A DNA stretch of 64,000 nucleotides from IMG/VR virus record IMGVR_UViG_3300004463_000226, positions 1-64,000 of that record; one strand, written 5' to 3'. Of this stretch, positions 55,625 through 64,000 are shown one piece after another (position 1 is the stretch's first letter; each line of letters begins with the position of its first letter). The notes below the pieces were generated by a model. The model had not been told where the DNA came from and ran no database searches. It saw only the letters and a program-made list of their open reading frames with translations. The position numbers were made by a program, and so were the translations under genes.

Positions 55625-58600
55625 TTGCTATCTGTTTCGGAGATACCACACTTAAGGGTATATAAGCAAAGAACTATACTTCCTTTTGATAAAAAGGTTC
55701 AAAGTATGTATGGAATGGTATTTATCAATAACAATTCAATTGAGTCTGCTATTGAGTTAATGAATAGTCAGGCTATTTCTTCAGCTGGTAAATATCATAT
55801 CTATTATCTAGATAACCTTTATTCAGGAAGATTATTCGGTAAATCATACCGAGAAGTATTAAATAAAGAACGTGAAGAAATTTACGCTGAAGTTGAATCA
55901 AAGGCAAAGTTTATTAAGACAGAGAAATCTCTTATCTCAGTTAATAGCCGTAACATGTATTTTGATCTTCAGCACCACAATGATATTTTCTTTAGATTAG
56001 GAAATAGAACGTCTTCCTATATTAAGAAAGTGAATGATTATGCTTCTTTCCTTAAAGATATTATTAATGACGAAAGATTCTCTAAGTATAAAGAGAAGAT
56101 TGTCGCCATTAATGTCGATACATGGGTATCACAAGTTAGGAAGGAAATGACTAAAGGTTCTAAATTAGATAATCCTATTATGATTATCTATTATGCTCTT
56201 ATCAAATCTCTAGAGGAGTTTAAATCAATTGGTAATATTGATATTATTCTATACTCTGGAAGTTCAATGGTAAGAGTGAATCCTTCATTATGTGACAAGA
56301 AGTCGTACTATTTATATCGCCAAGAGGTTTCTAAACTTCATACTTCTATTACATTAGAAGATGAAGCCACCATTGAAAAGCAAGTTGAGCTCGATGCTGT
56401 TTATCAAAAAGTAGCCAAGAATTTCTCAGAGCACTTTAACTTCACTGGCGATGATGAAGAAGAAGGAGATGAGGAAATTGAGGAGAAAGCTAAAGAACGT
56501 CTTGAAGAGATTGTTGAAGAGGAGCCTGAAGAAGGTGTTACTGGTAGGGAACTAGAGAAGGAACTTACAAACAAGCTAATCAATGACGAGAAACTTCTCA
56601 AAGATGTTTACTCATATACTCAAGAGAAAAAGACTGGAAATTCAGCTGTTTCTTCAAAGCGCGACCAGGAACTAAGAGATAAACAAAAACAAATTAAAAT
56701 TGAAAATATGACTATTGAGGATATTAGAAATATTAACTCTAAGACAGTTAAACTGGACAAAGTTGATGTTTCTACTAAGGTTAAAACGACTAATAAGAAT
56801 GTTACGACAATTCATTATCCTCATTTTGAAAAGTCATATAATGAGCATTTATTGAAGAAGGATATGATTGATGTATTAATGCATCTTAATGACAGTTCAA
56901 TTCCTGTATTTGTCCGCAATATTGATGTTGTTGATAGTTCAGACGAATTGAACCATAAGGAAACTTATACTGTCGACTTAGAAGATGCTAATCGTGTTCG
57001 CCACCGTTTAAAATTCGATATGCCTAAATTTACTGACGATAAGTTCATGTACCTAAATGGTAATAAGAAACTCATTGTCAAGCAGCTTTATATGAAACCT
57101 ATTGTCAAAAATGGTCCAGATGAAGTTCAGGTTGTAGGTAGCTACAATAAGATCTTTATTCGCCGTCATGGAGGAAAGGTTTCTGCTAAAATAGAAAGAT
57201 TTAAAAAGGCTGTCTTAAAAGAAATAAAAGGTGTTGTTGTTAAATATGGCAATAATATTTCTACAAATAATGATTTTAAGACTACTATTGAGTACGATGA
57301 AATTTCTAAAGACATTACTTATATTCGTATAGGAGTTACGGAGTTTTACTTTAACCAAGAAGAAGTTCAGAAGTTGGTCAAAGACCGTAAGATAAAAATA
57401 AGTGATGATGAAATGTGTATTGGATTTATTAATAAAAAAGATCCAATCACTGTTAAATACGATACTCAACGCGTTGGTCCAGATATGGATATTGTTGACT
57501 TCATATTGTCAGTCGGTAAAGGTGAACTAGTTACTAGTTTCGATGCTGCAACAACAGGTAAGAAGTTTATCTATAGCCGCGCAACGGTTATGTCTAAACA
57601 AATCCCATTAGTTTTACTATTAGGGTACTTTGAAGGATTGAGTTCTGTTTTACGTAAAGCAGGCATTAAACATTACTTCACAGATACACGTCCTAAATTA
57701 GATGTTAATCAAGGTTCTATACAATTTGCAAATGGACATCTAGTATTTGATAGATATCCTTTTGAAAACTCATTACTAATGAATGCTTTTGCTGATATTC
57801 CAACCAGAGCATTCAACTATGAGGATTTTGATGAAAGAGAAGTTTACCTATCTATTTTTGACGTTATGTTTAAACAACGTAACTTAGGTAACGCTCTCTT
57901 GAACTACTATGAATTTATGATTGATCCTATTATGAAAGAAGTATTAGAGGATCTGAACTATCCAACAGGATTCGTAGAAGTTATGTTATATGCAAACGCA
58001 TTATTAACAGATAACTCATTTATTCGTGAGACTGATATGAGTAACTATCGTGTTCGTTCTAATGAGTTAATTAATGCATATCTATATAAAGCAATTGCTG
58101 ATGCTTATGGTTCTTATCGTGCAACAGCTAATAACAATAACCCAGTTAAAATCTCTATTCCACAAGATGCGATTACTAAGAAACTATTAATGTCTCAAAC
58201 TGTTGAAGACTATAGTATTCTTAACCCTATTGTTGAATTGGAGAAATCTCGGGCTATTACTCCTAAAGGACATTCTGGTATGAACTTGGATGATGCCTAT
58301 ACACAGGATAAACGTGCATTCGATCCATCTATGATGGGTATTATGGCAATGTCAACATCTCCTGATGCTAACTGTGGTATCGTTCGTGAGTTAACTCTAG
58401 AACCTAATATATTAAGTCCACGGGGTTATATTGACATCAAGAATGACAAACTTAAAGAATTAACTGATGCTAACTTGTTCTCTGCGGCAGAATTATTATC
58501 TCCTCTCGGAGTTTCAAGGGACGATAGTATCCGTACAGCAATGGCAACTAAACAATCAAAACACATTATCCCTATCGAGAAATCTTCTCCAGTTCTAATC

Positions 58601-59773
58601 TCAAATGGAGCTGAACAGATTATACATTATCATTTATCTAATGACTTTACAGTTGTTGCAAAGTATGATGGTAAAGTAGTGGAAGTCAATGAAGATGCAG
58701 GGGTAATGATTGTAGAATACAGCGATCCTAAAGGTATCCCACAGCCAGGTGGTGGAAAGAAAACAATACTCCATCAAGCTGTCGATATTAGTCCTAGAGT
58801 AGTGAAAAACGGTGCGGGTGGATTCTTCTTAACAAACCAACTTACAAGTAACTATAAAGTTGGTCAGAAGTTTAAGAAGAGTGATATTATTGCATCTGAT
58901 AAGAAATTCTTCACTAACTCAGATATTCATGGAAACCGATTCAATATCGGATCATTGCAGAAAGTAGCATGTATGAGTACGTTTGCAACTTATGAGGATT
59001 CTACATTTATTACTAAGAAACTGAGTGAAGAGATGGCTTCAGACATCGTAATGCAGAAAGCAATTACATTAGGTAAGAATGCCAATGTTGACTTTATTGT
59101 CAAAGTAGGTGACCATATTTCTGTAGGTGATGAATTAATCCGTTTCGAGTCTTCATTCGAAGACGATTCACTTAATAAGTTCTTAACACATATTGGAGAT
59201 GAGTTAAAAGAGGATATCAAGTCTCTAGGTAAAACTCCGATTAAATCAAAGTATACTGGAGAAGTTGTTGATATCAAAATATACTCTACAGTAGATCTAG
59301 ATGAGCTATCTCCAACATTGAGAAAGCTTGTTAGTGCATATTATGCTCAAATTAATAAAAAGAAAAAGACTATCGAGAAATACGATAAGTCTAATGAAGT
59401 TCATAAACTAGGAGTTCTATTAAATGAGCCTACTAGTAAGATTGAAACTAAAGATGGTAAGGTTAAAGGTATGGAAGTTGGGGAAGGTGTATTAATTGAG
59501 TTCTATATCAGCCATAAAGACATTATGGGTGTTGGTGATAAATTAACATTCTTCACAGCCTTAAAATCTATCATCGGGGATGTTATCCCAGAAGGTTACG
59601 AACCATATTCTCAATTCCGTCCTGAAGAAGAGATATCTTCATTCATAGCACCTGGAGCTGTATTAGCACGTATGACACCATCTATCTTGTTAACAATGTT
59701 TGGTAATAAGGTATTGGTTGAGCTTAAACGCCAATTACAGGAAATATATACAGGTAAACCATGGAAACCGTAA
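55625..59773 (+). CDS. Phage RNA polymerase beta subunit (large N-terminal/middle part), probably virion RNAP
   Basis: FMYLNG...Q, TSPDANCGIVRELT (TPEG.N.G equivalent), DD..RTAMATKQSKH, YEDS, GDKL...K and ARMT motifs. About 450-aa N-terminal extension; late-type promoter at 55584; size similar to phiKZ gp178-type subunits. Confidence 0.92.
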   Translation: MLSVSEIPHLRVYKQRTILPFDKKVQSMYGMVFINNNSIESAIELMNSQAISSAGKYHIYYLDNLYSGRLFGKSYREVLNKEREEIYAEVESKAKFIKTEKSLISVNSRNMYFDLQHHNDIFFRLGNRTSSYIKKVNDYASFLKDIINDERFSKYKEKIVAINVDTWVSQVRKEMTKGSKLDNPIMIIYYALIKSLEEFKSIGNIDIILYSGSSMVRVNPSLCDKKSYYLYRQEVSKLHTSITLEDEATIEKQVELDAVYQKVAKNFSEHFNFTGDDEEEGDEEIEEKAKERLEEIVEEEPEEGVTGRELEKELTNKLINDEKLLKDVYSYTQEKKTGNSAVSSKRDQELRDKQKQIKIENMTIEDIRNINSKTVKLDKVDVSTKVKTTNKNVTTIHYPHFEKSYNEHLLKKDMIDVLMHLNDSSIPVFVRNIDVVDSSDELNHKETYTVDLEDANRVRHRLKFDMPKFTDDKFMYLNGNKKLIVKQLYMKPIVKNGPDEVQVVGSYNKIFIRRHGGKVSAKIERFKKAVLKEIKGVVVKYGNNISTNNDFKTTIEYDEISKDITYIRIGVTEFYFNQEEVQKLVKDRKIKISDDEMCIGFINKKDPITVKYDTQRVGPDMDIVDFILSVGKGELVTSFDAATTGKKFIYSRATVMSKQIPLVLLLGYFEGLSSVLRKAGIKHYFTDTRPKLDVNQGSIQFANGHLVFDRYPFENSLLMNAFADIPTRAFNYEDFDEREVYLSIFDVMFKQRNLGNALLNYYEFMIDPIMKEVLEDLNYPTGFVEVMLYANALLTDNSFIRETDMSNYRVRSNELINAYLYKAIADAYGSYRATANNNNPVKISIPQDAITKKLLMSQTVEDYSILNPIVELEKSRAITPKGHSGMNLDDAYTQDKRAFDPSMMGIMAMSTSPDANCGIVRELTLEPNILSPRGYIDIKNDKLKELTDANLFSAAELLSPLGVSRDDSIRTAMATKQSKHIIPIEKSSPVLISNGAEQIIHYHLSNDFTVVAKYDGKVVEVNEDAGVMIVEYSDPKGIPQPGGGKKTILHQAVDISPRVVKNGAGGFFLTNQLTSNYKVGQKFKKSDIIASDKKFFTNSDIHGNRFNIGSLQKVACMSTFATYEDSTFITKKLSEEMASDIVMQKAITLGKNANVDFIVKVGDHISVGDELIRFESSFEDDSLNKFLTHIGDELKEDIKSLGKTPIKSKYTGEVVDIKIYSTVDLDELSPTLRKLVSAYYAQINKKKKTIEKYDKSNEVHKLGVLLNEPTSKIETKDGKVKGMEVGEGVLIEFYISHKDIMGVGDKLTFFTALKSIIGDVIPEGYEPYSQFRPEEEISSFIAPGAVLARMTPSILLTMFGNKVLVELKRQLQEIYTGKPWKP

Positions 59774-59823
59774 AAATATAAAAAAATAAGAGGATATAGT
59801 GTCCTCTTATTTTTCTTTTTCTC

Positions 59824-60072
59824 TTAAAGGTGTTTAAACTCAATAGCAATAAGTTTATCTGGTTTAAAACATATTGTATTGAAATCCGTAATTGGTAAGT
59901 CAATAAATCCATATTTGTTTGGCTGAGTCATCGTTGTCTGTATAGTATTTTTTCTCTTTAAAGCTTCTGCTTCTTTAGTAGACCCTGCTGGTACAATGAT
60001 ATTATACTGTTTAATAATAGAATAGTCACCTTCAAAAACAAATTTAACTGTTAATACAAAACTTTCTGACAT
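59824..60072 (-). CDS. Hypothetical protein
   Basis: GGAGGT RBS; convergent terminator at 59785-59812. Confidence 0.6.
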   Translation of the reverse strand: MSESFVLTVKFVFEGDYSIIKQYNIIVPAGSTKEAEALKRKNTIQTTMTQPNKYGFIDLPITDFNTICFKPDKLIAIEFKHL

Positions 60073-60094
60073 ATTAATTACCTCCCGTTTCTAA

Positions 60095-60700
60095 TTAAGC
60101 TTTTGTAAAATATGTACTTCCCTCAGCATCATGCTCTTTAGCACAACTATCACATAAATCAAGATTCTTCATATCACCCCCTTTAATAAAAAGCCGTTGA
60201 GTAGCAGCGTCTTTTCTAAAACAACCATCACATAATACAACATCTTCATTGATTCTAGCCAACCATTTTACATCGACAATTTTATTACCGATATGATATT
60301 TTCCTTGAACAACATCAGCACCAGTTCCTTTATGTTGTTTTAATTCTTGTATCTCTATAGGAGATAAACCAACACGAGGCTCTTGTTCATAATTAAATGG
60401 ACCACATATGACTTCTAATTGTGTAATAGCCTCCTTCATAGAAACAAATCCAACTTTACCATCCATTAAAAATAACCATATAGGACGTGTACTAGTAACA
60501 ACCGCTAATTTATAAGCATCATCACTATCCACATAAATACAATGAGGGTATACTCCTTTCATGCCTTGATCTTCGATACCGTGTTCAGGATGATAAGATT
60601 TTAGACGCTGAGTTTTACCTTCAGCATCTACCCAATAGCGGCTACCTTTGGATGTTTCGAACGTTAATACTGGTTTGATATCTAAGTTTAAATTTTTCAT
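60095..60700 (-). CDS. Hypothetical protein with a C-terminal Zn finger
   Basis: FETSKGS.Y...G.T.R.K domain plus CDGC...LCDSC. Confidence 0.6.
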   Translation of the reverse strand: MKNLNLDIKPVLTFETSKGSRYWVDAEGKTQRLKSYHPEHGIEDQGMKGVYPHCIYVDSDDAYKLAVVTSTRPIWLFLMDGKVGFVSMKEAITQLEVICGPFNYEQEPRVGLSPIEIQELKQHKGTGADVVQGKYHIGNKIVDVKWLARINEDVVLCDGCFRKDAATQRLFIKGGDMKNLDLCDSCAKEHDAEGSTYFTKA

Positions 60701-60717
60701 TTTATTTATCCCCTTTA

Positions 60718-61500
60718 TTATAAGTATTTTTCGATTGCATGAAACCAGTGATGAGTATCTGATTTACCAAGTAATTTTTCTTTACCAGATATGAAAATAA
60801 CGTCATGTTTTTCAGGTTCGCCTGTTTTAAGTGTCTCAAATATACGCTCTGCATTATTAACTTGTATCTTATAAACAAATGCAGCATGAAATAGGTCATT
60901 AAACTTATTAAACGTATTAACAAAGCAAATAGGTTCTTTAGGAACAAATAGCTGTTTCTTATGCTTTATTTCTTCGTCAACCTCTTTCTGAATAGCTAAT
61001 CTAAGAATATCTATTTGACTGGTTTGATACGCATCAAGACTATAATCAACATGTCCACCAATCATTGTTATTGTACGATCTTCCTTCTTTCTCAGCACAA
61101 TATAGTCCTTACCATCAGTAATAAATGCGAATACACCAATTTGTTTCCAATTAAAATTGTACTCGGCTTCTTCACGCGAGATGAAACTAAATTGATCATC
61201 TTCAAAGAATGTTTTTGATGAGCTTATTGCATTTACCCTGAAAAAATCAGTTACTGAATCGTATCTACTTAAACTCTTAGCAGTTGTCATATCTGAAAAC
61301 TTATTAGGAACACACAAAACGAATTGACCAGGATATTTCTTTTCGATTTTCTTAGAAATAGCCTTACGAATCTTATGATGCTTATCACTACCAAACGGAT
61401 ATTTTTTTAACTTATTGATTAGCTCAGGTAACTGTGGACCTTCTGGTGCTTTAATTCCTTTACGAATTTCCTTGATTTTTTCTTTTGATTTATTTCCCAT
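60718..61500 (-). CDS. Nudix-fold hydrolase, paralog of 41436-42716
   Basis: WKQI, IGGHVD...IQKEVDEEI, FHAAFVY, GE..KH; start MGNK after GGAGGT. Confidence 0.75.
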   Translation of the reverse strand: MGNKSKEKIKEIRKGIKAPEGPQLPELINKLKKYPFGSDKHHKIRKAISKKIEKKYPGQFVLCVPNKFSDMTTAKSLSRYDSVTDFFRVNAISSSKTFFEDDQFSFISREEAEYNFNWKQIGVFAFITDGKDYIVLRKKEDRTITMIGGHVDYSLDAYQTSQIDILRLAIQKEVDEEIKHKKQLFVPKEPICFVNTFNKFNDLFHAAFVYKIQVNNAERIFETLKTGEPEKHDVIFISGKEKLLGKSDTHHWFHAIEKYL

Positions 61501-61563
61501 TTTTAAGACCTCCAATGTTTTATTACAAGAAAAATAAGGGCTGGAAGCTCCAACCCTTTTATA

Positions 61564-61968
61564 TTATTGAACAGCTTCTTCTTTTTTGATGCGGTGGAAA
61601 CAAGATACTCTATCTTTAGGAAACTCACGGGAACGTACATCTTTAATCAGTCCAGACACAGCTTCAACAATCAATCTCATTGGATCACGTTTAGTTGCTT
61701 TAGCAATCTTATACACACTACCGACATAAATTGTGACACTGTTAAGCTCTTTCAAAGTTTTACGACCAGTTTCAAGGTTTTCTGAGCAGCTACCATTAAA
61801 ACCAAAAGCAACAAGTCGCTCAGCATTTTCAACTTCACGAACAGCATAATGATTTGACTTAGCATTGATCTGAACAGCAGCATTATAAGTATCGAATACT
61901 TCTTTATCAGAATTTATCATTTGATGAGCTACCACTGCCATTTGTTTTAATTTTAAAGATTTGAACAT
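61564..61968 (-). CDS. Hypothetical protein (early)
   Basis: Early motif at 62026, leader box at 61987, AGGGGG RBS. Confidence 0.65.
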   Translation of the reverse strand: MFKSLKLKQMAVVAHQMINSDKEVFDTYNAAVQINAKSNHYAVREVENAERLVAFGFNGSCSENLETGRKTLKELNSVTIYVGSVYKIAKATKRDPMRLIVEAVSGLIKDVRSREFPKDRVSCFHRIKKEEAVQ

Positions 61969-62125
61969 AATTAATTCCCCCTAGGTTTATTATTGATTTT
62001 GAATATATTATTTATATTCACTATTATAATATATAGGTGATATTGCCGACTTTACGAATTAACATTTATTACCAGTAAAACAGTTATGTAAGAAATACAT
62101 ATCAATGAGAGGGGAACATACTAAA

Positions 62126-63073
62126 ATGGGTCAATTTGATAAAGAATGGAATAGGGTATTAGAGAATATTATGTTAAATGGAGTATGGCAGAAAGAAGAA
62201 CATGTCCGTGCTAAATGGGACGATGGTACTCCAGCTCCAGCTAAATTTGTTACAGGAGAAAAGATGGTATTTGATAATAGTGAAGCTCTAGTCCCAACGA
62301 CTAAAGAAATTAAACGTAAGAGTCCATTACGTGAACTAAAATGGATCTGGTTCCTTAAATCAAACGTGGTTCAGAAACTTCGTGATTTGGGAAGTAGTAT
62401 TTGGGATAAATGGGAAATTAAAGAAGGTGAATGGACAGGTACAATTGGTCCAGCTTACGGACATCAATTAGGTAAACAATGTAGGAAATTTCCAGTAGAA
62501 AAACTTCGCTGGGAACATCTACATCCTGAGCATGCTGTTGAGTTAAGACAAATGATAGAGGATGCTTTAGCACAAGGTTTTATTATTAAATATGTAATGC
62601 TGGATCAGGTAGACTTCCTCATCCAAGGTCTTCTTACTAACCCTGGTTCTCGCCGATATATTCTATCACTATGGGGTATTGAAGATCTTGACTACATGGC
62701 ACTAGAACCATGTGTATGGAAGACAGGGTGGCAATATGTTGATGGTAAAATTGATTTAATAACTGGTGTACGTTCAAATGATATCTGTGTAGGAAATCCT
62801 TTTAATGTGTTTCAATATCAGGTGTTATGGAATCTTATCTGTCAGGTAACAGGTCACACACCAGGGAAGATTCAATTTGATCTCGATAATCCACATATTT
62901 ATGACAGACACATTCCTGAGGCTATGAAACAGTTAGTGTATCCTCAAAAAACAGCTCCAAAACTTTGGATTAATCCTGATATTAAAAACTTTTATGACTT
63001 TAATCCAGATACTGATGTTAAATTGATTGACTATGAACACGGTCCAGACCGTTACTATGAGGTGGCTGAATAA
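62126..63073 (+). CDS. thyA: Thymidylate synthase (B. subtilis ThyA / phi3T ThyP3 type)
   Basis: M.QFDK, R.KW.DGTPA, IWD.W, IG.AYG.Q, SRR, ALEPCV (catalytic Cys), RSND...GNPFNVFQY, HIYDRH. Confidence 0.96.
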   Translation: MGQFDKEWNRVLENIMLNGVWQKEEHVRAKWDDGTPAPAKFVTGEKMVFDNSEALVPTTKEIKRKSPLRELKWIWFLKSNVVQKLRDLGSSIWDKWEIKEGEWTGTIGPAYGHQLGKQCRKFPVEKLRWEHLHPEHAVELRQMIEDALAQGFIIKYVMLDQVDFLIQGLLTNPGSRRYILSLWGIEDLDYMALEPCVWKTGWQYVDGKIDLITGVRSNDICVGNPFNVFQYQVLWNLICQVTGHTPGKIQFDLDNPHIYDRHIPEAMKQLVYPQKTAPKLWINPDIKNFYDFNPDTDVKLIDYEHGPDRYYEVAE

Positions 63074-63237
63074 TGAAATATATTCGTAGACTTATTCATA
63101 AGATGATTGTTGCATATTTATTAAAATCAGGTAAAACTTTCCACCACGGTAAGTATGAAGACGGTGGTCAGTATGTAGTATTAATGGATGAGTATCAATA
63201 TAACTTATTCACCAATTATGTAGATAACGGTTATTAA
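63073..63237 (+). CDS. Small hypothetical protein, 54 aa
   Basis: TAATG stop/start overlap with thyA; GAGGTGG RBS; terminator at 63242-63269. Confidence 0.6.
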   Translation: MKYIRRLIHKMIVAYLLKSGKTFHHGKYEDGGQYVVLMDEYQYNLFTNYVDNGY

Positions 63238-63380
63238 TTAAATAGAGTATAGGGAAACCTATACTCTATATTATTTGTTACTATAGGTGTAACAAATATG
63301 TAGAACGAATAAGTCAATTCATATATCGTTTATATATTATAAAGACGTGAATCAATAATAATTCATAGTCTATCAAGGAG

Positions 63381-63647
63381 GTGAACGATATGAAAGGTTT
63401 TAATTCTGATGAGTTCTGTATTGATGATGTTCTTTCTAACCTTAAAAAGTTCAAGAAGAAAGATAAAGGTAAGAAAAAGAAAGAAAGTCATGATGAAAAA
63501 GTAGCTAGAGAAGTTGGTGAACAGCTTAAAAAGAATAAGCGTAAAGCAGCTGATGATTTAGAGCGAGAAGCTCATGAAGATCTAATGCAATACCAACGTG
63601 AAAAAGCTATTGAAGATGGAGCAATGTATGTTAATATTCCGTTGTAA
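63381..63647 (+). CDS. Charged hypothetical protein (early)
   Basis: Early motif at 63331, leader box at 63350, AGGAGG RBS. Confidence 0.65.
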   Translation: MNDMKGFNSDEFCIDDVLSNLKKFKKKDKGKKKKESHDEKVAREVGEQLKKNKRKAADDLEREAHEDLMQYQREKAIEDGAMYVNIPL

Positions 63648-63718
63648 TAAATTATTACACGGTAAACTTTATAGTAATGGTATTAACCAATTTTACTTAA
63701 TATTAGGAGGAAACTAAA

Positions 63719-64000
63719 ATGGCACAATCTTTTACTGAAGTATTCGAGGAAATTAAATCTAATCTTACAACATCTAAAGCAGGTAAAACAGTTAAATCAT
63801 TCAACCGCAGTCAATTCGACAAGCTGGCTAAAGCTTATTTGAACTCTACTGACTATACAATTGAAGTAGCTGGCACTAAAGGCGGCGAATTAGTTAAAAC
63901 TACAATTGAGCCTGTAAAAGCATTCCGCGGTATGCTTAAACGTATCTTGATCGAGTTCGGTGTGGACAAGCAAGAAGCTGAAACAATTCTTGATTCTTCT
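63719..64000 (+). CDS. Hypothetical protein, 3'-truncated by the window (MAQSFTEVFEEIK...)
   Basis: AGGAGG RBS, AACT-N6-TA motif at about 63665, and a frame open to the window end. Confidence 0.7.
   Translation, partial: MAQSFTEVFEEIKSNLTTSKAGKTVKSFNRSQFDKLAKAYLNSTDYTIEVAGTKGGELVKTTIEPVKAFRGMLKRILIEFGVDKQEAETILDSS

Noticed and set aside
55625-59773. Intein or group I intron in the RNAP beta gene
   Set aside because: The ORF is continuous with no intein splice-junction (C...HN-C/S/T) or LAGLIDADG motifs seen; the extra length is an N-terminal extension.

Overview
A 64 kb AT-rich segment of a jumbo tailed phage of the phiKZ/AR9(PBS1)-like group. The host is probably a spore-forming Bacillales bacterium, judged from RsfA-like, YjcA/DUF1360-like and B. 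subtilis-type ThyA genes and strong GGAGG-type RBSs. Bases 1-13.9 kb are a + strand tail/virion module: a repeat-built tail fibre that starts before the window, chaperones, a permuted papain-like amidase, structural proteins and a membrane/holin pair. Most of the rest is on the - strand. It holds three dispersed multisubunit RNA polymerase pieces (beta'-N with NADFDGD, beta'-C, and a 1382-aa beta on +), polyphosphate kinase 1, DHFR, thymidylate kinase, thymidylate synthase, RNase H, a DHH phosphoesterase, two Nudix paralogs, two HNH-like paralogs, a kinase-like protein and many small hypothetical genes. Three recurrent signals can be read from the sequence: an early-type promoter motif TATATATTAT (13 copies found), a late-type motif AAC(A/T)-N6-T(A/G), and a 12-nt leader box AATCAATAATAA (8 exact copies found). 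Using these, five intergenic units emerge with a late-type promoter, a folded RNA and little or no coding capacity (about 36.6, 51.6, 53.4, 53.7 and 55.4 kb). One has a 21-bp G-U-rich helix and a G7-AUA-G7 tract running into an AT-rich cruciform, a candidate transcription/R-loop-primed origin. No tRNA, rRNA, CRISPR array or intron was recognised. All assignments come from motif recognition by eye, with no database searches or folding programs run.
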